From assembly GCA_016844925.1 (NCBI GenBank), contig JAERTI010000038.1:130936-194935 (forward strand): a DNA stretch of 64,000 nucleotides. The letters are read 5' to 3'. This document shows positions 1 to 9,996 of the stretch, piece by piece. This DNA comes from Candidatus Uhrbacteria bacterium (GTDB taxonomy: Bacteria > Patescibacteriota > Patescibacteriia > UBA9934 > GWF2-40-263). Numbering within the stretch: the stretch's first letter is position 1; every line of letters begins with the position of its first letter. The translations under genes were made by a program, and so were the position numbers. The notes below the pieces were generated by a model. That model saw only the letters and a list, made by a program, of their open reading frames with translations, had not been told where the DNA came from and made no database searches.

Positions 1-494
1 CCTCTAGTCCTCAGGATCCGTTTGCTAAAGAGCTTTCAGATTTTGAAAAAGGATGGGCAACGCATTTGCTTTACGATCGATTGGGGCATCCTTACTACTT
101 CGCTTTGGATTCGTATGAGGAAAGTGAGGTTGCTCAGGGAAATCATGTTTGGCAATTTATTTCTGCGGCGAAGGTGGTTGAAGATATGTTGAGTTATAAG
201 AAGGTGGGGGAGCTTGCGAAAGTCATGTTCTCGATCACGTTCCCCGTTCATCCAAATGACGAAGACTTAGCTGTCATGAAAAGGTATTCAGCGATACAAA
301 AGGATCTCTATCAGCAAGAGCCGGGTTTGAATGAGTACCGAAACTTTTGGTTGGAGCTCAGTGATGACGAAACTGTTATCAATCCAGTTATAAATCACAC
401 CAAAAGGCTGTTTGACGACGAGGAAATGAGAGAGAAGATTGATGCGATTTATCCGAGTGTTTTGCAGGAGGTAATGGAGATGGTGAATCGGTAA
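1..494 (+). CDS. Hypothetical protein, C-terminal part (5' end probably outside window)
   Basis: Open frame ending at TAA 494; no recognisable motif. Confidence 0.55.
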   Translation, partial: SSPQDPFAKELSDFEKGWATHLLYDRLGHPYYFALDSYEESEVAQGNHVWQFISAAKVVEDMLSYKKVGELAKVMFSITFPVHPNDEDLAVMKRYSAIQKDLYQQEPGLNEYRNFWLELSDDETVINPVINHTKRLFDDEEMREKIDAIYPSVLQEVMEMVNR

Positions 495-496
495 GG

Positions 497-505
497 TTAT
501 CCACA
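497..505 (+). promoter_or_regulatory. Perfect DnaA box TTATCCACA upstream of the mraZ promoter
   Basis: Exact consensus match in an intergenic position. Confidence 0.5.
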
Positions 506-575
506 AATAAAAACTGTATTCATATGAGTCCCGGTTTAAGGGGCTTTTTTAGTGGTCGACAGTGGGGGAGTTTGA

Positions 576-628
576 TTGACCTGTGTCATATGGTGGGGTA
601 TGATGGGTGTGAGTGGAGGAAAGTGGGG
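576..628 (+). promoter_or_regulatory. sigma70 promoter of mraZ overlapped by MraZ operator repeats
   Basis: TTGACC(576-581)-17 nt-TATGAT(599-604); GTGGGG/ATGGGT/GTGGAG/GTGGGG at 593, 603, 613, 623 (10-bp period), typical of MraZ-binding repeats. Confidence 0.8.
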
Positions 629-688
629 ATCGATCGGGTAACCGATTGGTGCTCGCTTTTATTTAACTCCCACTCCAACGACCCTCAT

Positions 689-1120
689 GTGTTTATAGGC
701 GAGTATAAACATTCTGTCGACGAAAAAGGACGTCTTGCGATACCAAAAAAGTTTCGCAAGGATCTTGCTAAGGGGGCCGTTGTTACGCGAGGTCTAGATA
801 CGTCCCTGTTCCTGTTTCCCAAGGAGGAGTGGGGTAAGCTTGCGCAAAAGCTTGCCGGTTTGCCCCTGGGACAGTCCAATTCACGTGCGTTCGCCCGACT
901 CATGCTTGCGGGTGCCATGGACGTGACCCTGGATAAGCAGGGCAGGGTCGTACTTCCGGAATATCTCCGGAAGTACGCCTCGCTCAAGAAGTCTGTCGTT
1001 GTTGCAGGTCTTTGGGGACGCATCGAAATTTGGGATGAAGACACTTGGAATGCGTACAAAAAGAAGCTGGAGGGCGATGCAGAGGCAGTTGCTGAGCAGC
1101 TCGGTGAGCTCGGCGTTTAA
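689..1120 (+). CDS. mraZ: Division/cell wall cluster transcriptional repressor MraZ
   Basis: FIGEYKHSVDEKGRLAIP and LDKQGRVVLP duplicated DxxGR motifs; GTG start at 689 inferred from family N-terminus. Confidence 0.95.
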   Translation: MFIGEYKHSVDEKGRLAIPKKFRKDLAKGAVVTRGLDTSLFLFPKEEWGKLAQKLAGLPLGQSNSRAFARLMLAGAMDVTLDKQGRVVLPEYLRKYASLKKSVVVAGLWGRIEIWDEDTWNAYKKKLEGDAEAVAEQLGELGV

Positions 1121-1227
1121 TTCACCTATGGTTTCGAAGTCGAGGTTTGGAGTTCTTTTCTGGGTTTACTGAACCTTTTCCCTGAAAAGTGACTCCAGTC
1201 CTCGGCTATAGAGGAGGAAGTGCTCTT

Positions 1228-2094
1228 ATGGAACACAAACCCGTCCTTCTCAATGAGGTGAGCGAATACCTCAAACCGGAGCCGAACCATCTTTTTATAG
1301 ACGGCACTGTGGGGCTGGGAGGTCACGCGCAGGTTCTCTTGCAGCGTGTCCTTCCTGGCGGCCGTCTCTTAGGCATCGACCGGGATGCCGACAATCTTGA
1401 GACAGCGCGTAAGCGTCTTTCGGGATTTGGCGATCATGTAGTGCTTGTCCGTGATACATACGCCAACATAAAGACCCACGCCTATGATCATCAATTTAAT
1501 CCTGTTGATTCGATCCTCCTTGACCTCGGGTTTTCGTCTGTTCATGTTGACGATGCCGAGCGGGGATTCTCCTTTCGAAAAGCAGGACCGCTAGATATGC
1601 GGTATGACCGCTCGCAACCCCTCACGGCACAGCAGATCGTGAATGAGTGGTCAGAAGATGATCTTGCGCGGATTTTCCGGCAATACGGCGAAGAACGCTT
1701 CGCACGACAGATCGCTGAAGCGATCGTCACAGCTCGGGCTCAAACACCTTTTACTAGCACGACAGAACTTGCTGCTCTGGTCGCACGTATTCTGCGACAC
1801 CGCGGCAAGACCCATCCTGCTACAAAAATTTTTCAAGCCCTCCGCATAGCTGTGAACGACGAATTTGGCGAATTGGAACGTGCACTTCCAGAGTGTGTGA
1901 ACCTGCTGCGTAGCGGCGGTCGTCTTGCCATCATTAGCTTCCACTCCCTTGAGGATCGGATTATTAAGCAGTTTTTCAAAACGCATCCGGCCCTCAAGGT
2001 GGTGACGAAGCGCCCGGTAACAGCTTCCCAAGAAGAAGTGAAAGAAAACCCCCGCGCGCGGAGCGCTAAGCTCCGCGTCGCGGAGAAAATCTAA
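1228..2094 (+). CDS. rsmH: 16S rRNA m4C1402 methyltransferase RsmH
   Basis: HKPVLLNEV, DGTVGLGGHA, DLGFSS, PLDMR, ISFHSLEDR, NPRARSAKLR; follows mraZ. Confidence 0.97.
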   Translation: MEHKPVLLNEVSEYLKPEPNHLFIDGTVGLGGHAQVLLQRVLPGGRLLGIDRDADNLETARKRLSGFGDHVVLVRDTYANIKTHAYDHQFNPVDSILLDLGFSSVHVDDAERGFSFRKAGPLDMRYDRSQPLTAQQIVNEWSEDDLARIFRQYGEERFARQIAEAIVTARAQTPFTSTTELAALVARILRHRGKTHPATKIFQALRIAVNDEFGELERALPECVNLLRSGGRLAIISFHSLEDRIIKQFFKTHPALKVVTKRPVTASQEEVKENPRARSAKLRVAEKI

Positions 2095-2122
2095 CTATTG
2101 TAGACAACCCCACTGTCTCGTT

Positions 2123-2491
2123 ATGTCGACCTCAGTCGCACAATCTGTTGTTTCTGTCGCTCCAGATCGTTTTTCTCGAAAGGTATCTGTTAAGCAGTTT
2201 CTCTCAAAAAACATCGTTGCGTTGAATATTGGATCATTAGCTCTCGTAGGGATACTCATGTTCTCGTATATCGTTCAGGTGAACGTTACGATGACCAAGG
2301 GATATCAGATGCGAGATTTGGAAACTCAACTGCATGAACTTGCACTGGAGAATCAGCAGCTGGAACTCGCTGCACGTGAAGCGCAATCTCTTGAGCATGT
2401 TTCTCATGCGATAAAAATGCTCGGGTTTGAAAAAGCAGAAATGCCAACGTACATTGGGGCCAGCGCTCCAAGCTACGCATTGGCTGAGTAA
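2123..2491 (+). CDS. FtsL-like cell division protein
   Basis: One TM helix plus coiled coil ending in IKMLGF; position directly after mraZ-rsmH. Confidence 0.65.
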   Translation: MSTSVAQSVVSVAPDRFSRKVSVKQFLSKNIVALNIGSLALVGILMFSYIVQVNVTMTKGYQMRDLETQLHELALENQQLELAAREAQSLEHVSHAIKMLGFEKAEMPTYIGASAPSYALAE

Positions 2492-2495
2492 TTCC

Positions 2496-2517
2496 AAAAC
2501 GGCAGATGCCGTTTTTT
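2496..2517 (+). terminator. Intrinsic terminator of mraZ operon
   Basis: aaaacggca-ga-tgccgttttt hairpin with T tract. Confidence 0.75.
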
Positions 2518-2552
2518 GGTTTGGGTGATATACTGAGGCTATACAAGGAGGT

Positions 2553-3113
2553 ATGTTGCAAACTGCAGTCTTTGACAAAGAAGTCGCCGTTGAGGCACTG
2601 ACGAATGTAAATTGGCTTCAGCCGAGCTGGGACCTATTCATCGTCCTGTTTTTTATTGTCGCCTCACTCATTTATGGAATCTCTCTTGGGCGTGACAGAA
2701 TCATTGTTATTCTCGTGGCGATTTACATGTCGCTCGCCATCGTGAATTACATTCCGTTCCTTTCTAGTTTCAATGCAAACATTTCAGTGAACGACGCGTT
2801 TGCGTTGAGAGTGTCGGTATTCCTTGGAGTATTCATTGTCTTATTTTTCTTTCTGGCACATTCGGCTCTTATACGGACACTCGGTCACGGGTCGACACAG
2901 GGAAAACTTTGGCAGGTCATGATTTTTTCATTCTTACATGTTGGACTCTTGATCTCTGTCACGCTCTCATTTTTTCCATCAGAACTGGCTGGGGTACTGT
3001 CTCCTTTTACAAGAATGTTTTTCGTGAGTGATATTGCACGTGCTATCTGGGTTCTTTTGCCCGTGGTTGTGATGGCTATATTCGGTGGGCACAATGATGA
3101 TGGATATCGCTAG
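2553..3113 (+). CDS. Multi-pass membrane protein (CvpA-like)
   Basis: About 5 hydrophobic helices; SD AGGAGG upstream. Confidence 0.6.
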   Translation: MLQTAVFDKEVAVEALTNVNWLQPSWDLFIVLFFIVASLIYGISLGRDRIIVILVAIYMSLAIVNYIPFLSSFNANISVNDAFALRVSVFLGVFIVLFFFLAHSALIRTLGHGSTQGKLWQVMIFSFLHVGLLISVTLSFFPSELAGVLSPFTRMFFVSDIARAIWVLLPVVVMAIFGGHNDDGYR

Positions 3114-3166
3114 CGTTACAGATTAAGTGACACTGTGTATAGTTGGCGCGACAGACATCCAAATAC

Positions 3167-3655
3167 ATGGAAAAACGCGCATTTGAACAATTTTATAAGG
3201 ATAATATTGATCGTATCTACAGATACGTCTTTTTTCGTGTTGGGCATAACGAGGACGTTACGCAGGATTTGGTGTCAGAGATTTTCATGAAGGCTCTTCG
3301 GAACTTTCATAAGTATGATCCGGAGATATCGAAGTCTGCTTGGATTTATCGTATTGCCCATAACCACTTAGCAAACTACTTCCGAGATAAGAAGCCACAA
3401 GTTGATGTCGATGACGTGAAGTACTCTCTGGTGGGTGAGGATGGACGTGAGACGCTTGTTCAGACCGAAGAGCAGCTTCAATTGGAAGAAGCTCTGGATC
3501 AGTTAGACCAAGATGATCGACAGCTCGTAACGCTTAAATACATTCAGGGGTACTCGTATAAGGAGATGGCGGAGATGATTGATAAAACGTCGGATGCGCT
3601 GAAAGTTGCCACTCATAGGGCCGTAAAAAAACTCAGGGGGATCATGAAGGATTAA
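3167..3655 (+). CDS. ECF-type RNA polymerase sigma factor
   Basis: Region 2 (QDLVSEIFMKA..AWIYRIAHN) and region 4 (LKYIQGYSYKEMAEM); start could be TTG 3143. Confidence 0.92.
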   Translation: MEKRAFEQFYKDNIDRIYRYVFFRVGHNEDVTQDLVSEIFMKALRNFHKYDPEISKSAWIYRIAHNHLANYFRDKKPQVDVDDVKYSLVGEDGRETLVQTEEQLQLEEALDQLDQDDRQLVTLKYIQGYSYKEMAEMIDKTSDALKVATHRAVKKLRGIMKD

Positions 3656-3657
3656 CT

Positions 3658-4323
3658 ATGTTTTCACTTAAGCGACAATTAAAGAAGTTCGCTGGGCGCT
3701 CGCGAGCGCCGAAGGATTTTCGATCACAGCTCTGGTCCAAGCTTTCTGATGCGATGGATGAGGAATTTGCAGAGGTGCCCTTATGTTCGCATCGATTTAG
3801 GTTTGCCTCGGCTGGATTGCTCGCAATCGTTCTCATGACAACAATGGGAACAGGTGTTTATGCGTATGAGAGTCCAGAGGTTGTTGAAGGACATGTTTTA
3901 CATCCTGTGAAATCTGGAATCGAAAATGTTCAGCAAGTGTTTGCTCGATCACCAGAGGCCCGAGCAAGGTTTCACTCTGAAATGATGTCTCGACGTCTTG
4001 GTGAGGGAGAGCGTCACCTTCTCGGAAAACCGGAACATGTAGAGACTGTGCTGGAAAAGGCAGCGACACATCTTGAACTGAGTGTGTCAGAGCTTGAAGG
4101 AGCTTTAAGTGATGAAAACGTTCGTGCAGAATTGATCGAACAGCTTTCGCTGCACAATGCGCGTTACGCTGAGCTAGCTGCGCGTGTATTGGATGATGAG
4201 AGAGAGGTCGGGGACCTGCCGCCACTTCGTATGCGCATCGAAGGAGGGGGGCTCTCTGAAGAAGAACACACACGACTGTTCGAGATCATGCGCCGCGGTC
4301 GCGGGATGGAGAACAGTCAATAA
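3658..4323 (+). CDS. Putative membrane-anchored anti-sigma factor (DUF5667-like)
   Basis: Directly after ECF sigma; single TM; GHVLHPVKSGIE motif resembles the DUF5667 pattern. Confidence 0.65.
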   Translation: MFSLKRQLKKFAGRSRAPKDFRSQLWSKLSDAMDEEFAEVPLCSHRFRFASAGLLAIVLMTTMGTGVYAYESPEVVEGHVLHPVKSGIENVQQVFARSPEARARFHSEMMSRRLGEGERHLLGKPEHVETVLEKAATHLELSVSELEGALSDENVRAELIEQLSLHNARYAELAARVLDDEREVGDLPPLRMRIEGGGLSEEEHTRLFEIMRRGRGMENSQ

Positions 4324-4338
4324 TCCATCAAATCCATT

Positions 4339-5064
4339 ATGTCTAAAACAATTTCAGTACGATCAATTCTTTCCGTAGCTGTTGTGGCACTTATTGCTGC
4401 AGTAGTTATGCCGGCACTTAGCGTTTCTGCTTCTGATGGTGGAACGGGATTCGGCGAGGACAGAGAGAGGCCACGACATCGTCCAGGTGTTCCTGTAGAA
4501 GTCGTTTCAGTGGGAGAGGACGTTATCGAGGTAACGTTAGCAGCGGTTCCTGGAAAAATTGCCGACGAGCATGACATTCAGGCTGGTGCAGAGATTACGG
4601 TAAACGTAAGTGAAGAAACGGTTTACAAGCTCGACGGTGGAGAGGGAAGTCTGACAGATCTTGAGGCAGGAGAGAAGATTTATGTGATCGGACGTATCGA
4701 CTTTGAAACATTAAGCGTTGATGCACGATTGATTACAGACAAGCAAAAGAAACCATTCCGCGTCGGTGAAGTTGTGGAGGTTGATACCGATGCCAACACA
4801 ATCTTGGTAACGGGACCAAATCTGGAGGAAGGTGAATACATTCTCATTACGTACGATGATGAGACTCAGGTCAATCAGGATGGTGAAGCAGCCGACGAAG
4901 GTGCAATCAGTGTTGGTGACAAGATCCATGTTCGAGGAGAGGTGAATCTTGAGTCTGAGGATTATAAGGTAGAGATTTCTGCCGATGGGATCCAGCTCTG
5001 GGAAGAGACGATGCCAAAACCGCATCCAAACCACTTCCGTGGAGGTATGCACAACGAAGCATAA
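4339..5064 (+). CDS. Secreted beta-rich protein with two DUF5666-like repeats
   Basis: Signal peptide; repeated T.Y....G....DL..G.KI.V.G units. Confidence 0.65.
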   Translation: MSKTISVRSILSVAVVALIAAVVMPALSVSASDGGTGFGEDRERPRHRPGVPVEVVSVGEDVIEVTLAAVPGKIADEHDIQAGAEITVNVSEETVYKLDGGEGSLTDLEAGEKIYVIGRIDFETLSVDARLITDKQKKPFRVGEVVEVDTDANTILVTGPNLEEGEYILITYDDETQVNQDGEAADEGAISVGDKIHVRGEVNLESEDYKVEISADGIQLWEETMPKPHPNHFRGGMHNEA

Positions 5065-5066
5065 GA

Positions 5067-5094
5067 GAAAAACAGCCCGATAGGGCTGTTTTTG
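5067..5094. terminator. Bidirectional intrinsic terminator
   Basis: aaaaacagccc-gata-gggctgttttt. Confidence 0.8.
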
Positions 5095-5156
5095 TTTGAG
5101 AGGAAAAGAAAACCGACCAGCGTAAAGGTCGGGGTGTGTCGGGGGTCCGACGGTTA

Positions 5157-5327
5157 CTAGAAACCGTTGATGAGCGGGAGCGGCGGCTCGGTGACGTCTC
5201 CCGTGGGGAGGATTCCTGCGCAGACAAGGGCGCTCCACAGGATGAAGCCCAGCATGAGCAGGATGCTCACGCGCATGACCCATTCCCAGGCGGACGGTGG
5301 TTCGTCGTTTTGTCGATGTCGTTCCAT
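5157..5327 (-). CDS. Small single-TM protein (56 aa), GC-rich stand-alone unit
   Basis: Minus-strand TTGACA(5373-5368)-17-TAGTCT, SD GGAGG, ATG 5327, hairpin terminator at ~5105-5132. Confidence 0.6.
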   Translation of the reverse strand: MERHRQNDEPPSAWEWVMRVSILLMLGFILWSALVCAGILPTGDVTEPPLPLINGF

Positions 5328-5433
5328 TCGACCTCCAGGCAATGAGACTATGGGGATTTCTTCGAGGTGTCAACAGTTCCCAAGTACTTTGCGTCGACCT
5401 GAGGGTCGATTGTTTGTTATACTCACACTCGAT

Positions 5434-6807
5434 ATGAACATTCGACTCTACAACACGCTTACGCGTCAGAAGGAGGATTTTAAGCCTATTCATGAGGGGA
5501 AAGCGGGGATCTATGCCTGTGGGCCGACAGTGTATTGGTTTGCTCATGTTGGTAATTTCCGATCGTTTATTTTTTCAGACATCCTTCGTCGAACGCTTGT
5601 TCACTGCGGGTTGGACGTGACGTTTGTTATGAACATCACAGATGTAGGTCATCTCACAGACGATGCGAGTGATGGGGAAGACAAGATGATTGTTGCCATG
5701 AAGCGAGAAGGGAAGACGGCGTATGAGATTGCTGAGTTCTATACGCAGGAATTTTTGAAAGATGTCGAGCGGTTGAATATTTTGTCTGCTGATGTGTACC
5801 CACGTGCGACGGAACATATTCAGGAGCAGATCGATATGGTCGTAGCGTTGGAGAAGAATGGTTACACGTACAAGACGAGTGATGGCATTTATTTCGACAC
5901 GTCGAAACTAAACGACTACGGACGCCTTAGCGGGCAGAGTGCTGAGGAAAAGATGGCGGGTGCTCGGATCGACATGGGGGAGAAAAAGAATCCAACAGAC
6001 TTCGCACTCTGGAAGTTTTCACCGACGGATGCGCAGCGGGATATGGAGTGGGAGTCGCCATGGGGGAAGGGTTTTCCTGGTTGGCACATCGAGTGTTCAG
6101 CGATGTCGGCGAAGTATCTCGATGTTCCGTTTGATATTCATACCGGCGGTATTGATCACATTGCTGTTCATCATGAAAATGAACTTGCTCAGACAAAAGG
6201 GGCTGCCAATGAGCTTCAGGCAAATATTTGGATGCATGGGGAGTTTCTCGCGGTAGACGGCGGGAAAATGAGTAAGTCGCTTGGGAATCTGTATACGGTC
6301 GATGATCTGATCGAGAAGGGCTATGACCCATTGGCTCTACGGTATCTGATGTTAGGAGCACATTATCGAACAAAGCTTAACTTCACATTTGAAGCGCTCA
6401 CAGCGGCTCAGAATGCCCTACATCGGTTGCGAGAGACGGTGCGGAGTTGGGAGAAGCCGGAGGGGCGTTGTGTGGAGCTTGAAGAGCGTTTTAGTGAAGC
6501 GTTAGCGGATGATTTAAACACCCCTCAGGCCCTAGCGGTTCTGTGGGAGCTGATTGATGGGGATCATCAATCTGGAGCAAAAGCACAGACGCTTCTGAGC
6601 TTTGATGAGGTTCTTGGGTTGGGGTTACAGGAGTATGTAGGTGTCCCTCTCGACATTCCTGCACAAGTGCAGGCTCTGGTGGATCAGCGCAAGACGGCTC
6701 GAGCGGAAAAAGACTGGGCGCTCTCGGATGAATTGCGCGATAAGGTGATTGAACTTGGCTATGTCGTTGAAGATACGGAGCAGGGTCAGGTTGTGAAAAA
6801 AGGATAG
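5434..6807 (+). CDS. cysS: Cysteine--tRNA ligase
   Basis: YACGPTVY, HVGN (HIGH), PGWHIECSAM, KMSKS. Confidence 0.98.
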   Translation: MNIRLYNTLTRQKEDFKPIHEGKAGIYACGPTVYWFAHVGNFRSFIFSDILRRTLVHCGLDVTFVMNITDVGHLTDDASDGEDKMIVAMKREGKTAYEIAEFYTQEFLKDVERLNILSADVYPRATEHIQEQIDMVVALEKNGYTYKTSDGIYFDTSKLNDYGRLSGQSAEEKMAGARIDMGEKKNPTDFALWKFSPTDAQRDMEWESPWGKGFPGWHIECSAMSAKYLDVPFDIHTGGIDHIAVHHENELAQTKGAANELQANIWMHGEFLAVDGGKMSKSLGNLYTVDDLIEKGYDPLALRYLMLGAHYRTKLNFTFEALTAAQNALHRLRETVRSWEKPEGRCVELEERFSEALADDLNTPQALAVLWELIDGDHQSGAKAQTLLSFDEVLGLGLQEYVGVPLDIPAQVQALVDQRKTARAEKDWALSDELRDKVIELGYVVEDTEQGQVVKKG

Positions 6808-6869
6808 AAACAAGACCGCAGGTTTATCCCCTGTGGTCTTTTGTTTTTGTGGTAAAATTGCTTTGGAAT

Positions 6870-7439
6870 ATGCCTGACCCAAACCGCGCAGAAGAAAAAG
6901 AAGCTCCGATAAAAACGGAGCAGATTTCGGCACCTGAACAAGTACGAGAAGTTCCGGCAGCACCTGAGGTTACCCCTGAGGCAGTTTCGGCTATTGAAGC
7001 TGAACCGACTGTAGAGGCGGCACCAGAACGTGAGCCTGAGCCAGAAGAGAAGGCGGTCGAAAAAGTGACCGAAGCACCTGTTGTTCAAGAGCCTGTCACC
7101 ACACCCGTTGTGGCTCCGGCACCTGCACCTCAGAAAGATCGTCTAGAAAAAGAAATCGAGGCGATTATGGAAGAGGATCTGATGGATCTCTATCTAAAGC
7201 TTCCGCCAGATAAGCAGCAGGCGTTCAAGCTCAAGGGTGAAGAAACGCTCGGAAAGATTCGGCAGCTTGTGACAGCTTCAAAGATTAACGCGAAGAAGAT
7301 TTTCTCTTTGATTCGCGATTGGTTGAAGATGGTTCCTGGAGTGAACAAGTTTTTTCTTGCTCAGGAAGCCAAGATCAAAACAGATAAGATTCTCCTTGTG
7401 ACGGAGGAAGAAAAGAAACGCGCACAAGACGAACTGTGA
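6870..7439 (+). CDS. Conserved hypothetical protein with Pro/Glu-rich N-terminus
   Basis: Low-complexity N-terminus, helical C-terminal domain; overlaps start of the ATPase gene. Confidence 0.7.
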   Translation: MPDPNRAEEKEAPIKTEQISAPEQVREVPAAPEVTPEAVSAIEAEPTVEAAPEREPEPEEKAVEKVTEAPVVQEPVTTPVVAPAPAPQKDRLEKEIEAIMEEDLMDLYLKLPPDKQQAFKLKGEETLGKIRQLVTASKINAKKIFSLIRDWLKMVPGVNKFFLAQEAKIKTDKILLVTEEEKKRAQDEL

Positions 7440-9994
7440 TGTATCTCTTTCAATTCGGTCTAACACCAGAGCCCGAGCCAGTACGTGTGGTGGCCCAGGG
7501 GGATCTTTTTATTCCTACGTTGATTTTGGCCGGTGTAGCAGCGTTGCTGATACTCATCGCACTGTTGTTCGTCGCGCGATTCTTTATTCGACGCATGTCA
7601 ATTGCCAAGCAAGGAACATTTCGTCGAGTGACACTGCTTATTACGTTGCCGAAGTTTAAGCGAGTTGAGGAAAGTGAACGTGGTCCATCGAAAGATGCGG
7701 TGCAGGAAGCAATTGCTGCCGCTGAGACCTTTTATTCTGCCATTGGTGGTTTGAAGGCTGAACGTGGACTTAAGGCTTGGCTCTACGGACGTCGTGACGA
7801 AATTTCTTTTGAGATTGTTGCCGAGGATAAGCTCGTGAAGTTTTATATTACGGTGCCTGTTGAAATGAGGGAGTTTATTGAGCAGCAACTTTCAGCGGCT
7901 TACTCAGACGCTTACACAGAAGAGGTTGAGGATTACAATTTGTTCCAGCCAGATGGTGTAATTCTCGGAAGCCATTTGATTTTGAAGCGTCAGCACGCAT
8001 TTCCCATTAAGACGTACAAGCAGCTCGACAAAGACCCCCTTAACGCTATTACAAACGTTCTTTCTCAAGTTCCAGATGGTGAAGGGGCGGCGTTTCAGTT
8101 TATTGTTCGATCAAGTTATGCCAAGTGGCGAAAAAAAGGAGTGACTATTGCGAGCAATATGCAACAGGGCATGAAGCTTGAGGATGCTATCCGCGGAAAG
8201 AAAGGAAAGAAAACGAACTGGTGGGAATTAGCAGGTTTTGGGAGTGGGTCGCAGCCTGAGCCAGAGAAGGACCACAGGCTCTCTCCACAAGAAGAACAGA
8301 TTGTAAAAGGAATCGAGGAAAAGGCGAGTAAGGCTGGTATGGATGTCTGTATTCGTCTTGTGGTTGCATCTAAACGTGCCAGTAGTGCTGAGACACTCAT
8401 GCGCAACATGCTTAACGCGTTTGCGCAGTTCAATATTTATCAGTACGGAAACTCGTTCGACAAAGTTGTTCCACGATCGAAGAAAAAAATCATCACGAAC
8501 TTTATCTATCGTTCTTTTGATGAGAGTCGCCGTTTGGTCTTGAACACGGAGGAGATGGCGAGTTTGTGGCACTTGCCGCTTCCGTGGACCGAGACGCCGA
8601 ATATTAAGTGGCTTGGTGCACGTAAGGGGCCTGCACCAGCGGAAGTTCCTGGGCCGGAGCCAGGAGCCTTGCACATGGGTTACAACAACTATCGTGGCGT
8701 GAAGACGGATATTTACATGAAGGGCAAGGACCGTTCCCGTCATATGTACCTTATTGGTAAGTCTGGTTCTGGTAAGTCGCAAACCATGGCGAAGTACATC
8801 ATTGATGATATTAAAAACGGACATGGTGTTGCTCTTGTAGAACCTCATGGGGACCTTGTTGAGCAGGTGCTTGGAAATATTCCAAAGGAGCGCATTGATG
8901 ATGTGATCGTGTTTAATCCGTCTGATTTGGAGCGACCGATGGGATTGAACATGCTTGAGGCACCAAATGCCGACATGCGTGACTTTGCGGTGCAGGAAAT
9001 GATCTCGATCTTCTATAAGCTGTTCCCACCAGAAATGATCGGTCCGATGTTTGAGCACCAGATGCGTAACTTCATGCTCACACTGATGGCTGATTTGGAT
9101 AACCCTGGAACTATTGCGGAGATTCCTCGCATGGTGACAGACCAAAAGTTCCAAGATAAGTGGCGCGCAAAGCTGACGGATCCTGTGGTGAAAAGTTTCT
9201 GGGAGGATGAAATCGATAACACCAGCGATTATCACAAGTCAGAGATGATGGGGTACCTGGTGTCTAAGGTAGGTCGCTTTGTGGAGAACGAGATGATGCG
9301 AAACATCATTGGTCAGTCCAAGAGTAGTTTCGATTTCCGTGAGATCATGGACAACAAGAAGATTCTTTTGGTGAACTTGTCCAAAGGTAAGACGGGTGAT
9401 GTGAACGCTGAGCTTCTTGGTTTGGTGATTGTGTCGAAACTCCAGATGGCGGCACTTACTCGAGCGGACATTCCTGAGGAAGATCGTCATGACTTCTTCC
9501 TGTATATTGATGAGTTCCAAAACTTTATTACCGATTCCATTGCCGTGATTCTTTCTGAGGCACGTAAGTACCGACTAAACCTGGTTATTGCCCACCAGTA
9601 CATCGGACAATTGGTGAAGAATGGCGATGCCACCATTAAGGAGGCGGTATTTGGTAACGTTGGTACAACATTTGTGGCGCGTATTGGTCCTGAGGATGTG
9701 GAGACGCTTGAGAGGATTTATACGCCAAACTTTACAGGGTACGATTTGATCAACTCGGACAAATACACCTGGTACGTTAAAATGATCGCAGACAACTCTC
9801 AGCTCAAGCCGTTTACCATGAACCTGACTCCGGCTGGTGATGGCGATCCTGAGCTTGCTGACGCGATTAAGCAGTTATCACGTCTCAAATACGGACGTGA
9901 CCGCGCGATTGTGTCTGAGGAGATCATTGAAAGAACACAAGTAAGTAAGACAGGCGCTAAAGAAGCGGCTCCTATGGGGGGCTTGAACAAATAA
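7436..9994 (+). CDS. VirD4/TraD-like coupling-protein ATPase (CPR type)
   Basis: N-terminal TM; RSRHMYLIGKSGSGKS Walker A; LYIDEFQNF Walker B; LSEARKY, AHQY. Confidence 0.88.
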   Translation: MMYLFQFGLTPEPEPVRVVAQGDLFIPTLILAGVAALLILIALLFVARFFIRRMSIAKQGTFRRVTLLITLPKFKRVEESERGPSKDAVQEAIAAAETFYSAIGGLKAERGLKAWLYGRRDEISFEIVAEDKLVKFYITVPVEMREFIEQQLSAAYSDAYTEEVEDYNLFQPDGVILGSHLILKRQHAFPIKTYKQLDKDPLNAITNVLSQVPDGEGAAFQFIVRSSYAKWRKKGVTIASNMQQGMKLEDAIRGKKGKKTNWWELAGFGSGSQPEPEKDHRLSPQEEQIVKGIEEKASKAGMDVCIRLVVASKRASSAETLMRNMLNAFAQFNIYQYGNSFDKVVPRSKKKIITNFIYRSFDESRRLVLNTEEMASLWHLPLPWTETPNIKWLGARKGPAPAEVPGPEPGALHMGYNNYRGVKTDIYMKGKDRSRHMYLIGKSGSGKSQTMAKYIIDDIKNGHGVALVEPHGDLVEQVLGNIPKERIDDVIVFNPSDLERPMGLNMLEAPNADMRDFAVQEMISIFYKLFPPEMIGPMFEHQMRNFMLTLMADLDNPGTIAEIPRMVTDQKFQDKWRAKLTDPVVKSFWEDEIDNTSDYHKSEMMGYLVSKVGRFVENEMMRNIIGQSKSSFDFREIMDNKKILLVNLSKGKTGDVNAELLGLVIVSKLQMAALTRADIPEEDRHDFFLYIDEFQNFITDSIAVILSEARKYRLNLVIAHQYIGQLVKNGDATIKEAVFGNVGTTFVARIGPEDVETLERIYTPNFTGYDLINSDKYTWYVKMIADNSQLKPFTMNLTPAGDGDPELADAIKQLSRLKYGRDRAIVSEEIIERTQVSKTGAKEAAPMGGLNK

Positions 9995-9996
9995 TT

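Noticed and set aside
5167-5433. Long N-terminal extensions on cysS (likewise lepA, pilD, mraZ, ligA, pilin) in the ORF track
   Set aside because: Family N-termini and nearby -10 boxes indicate later starts
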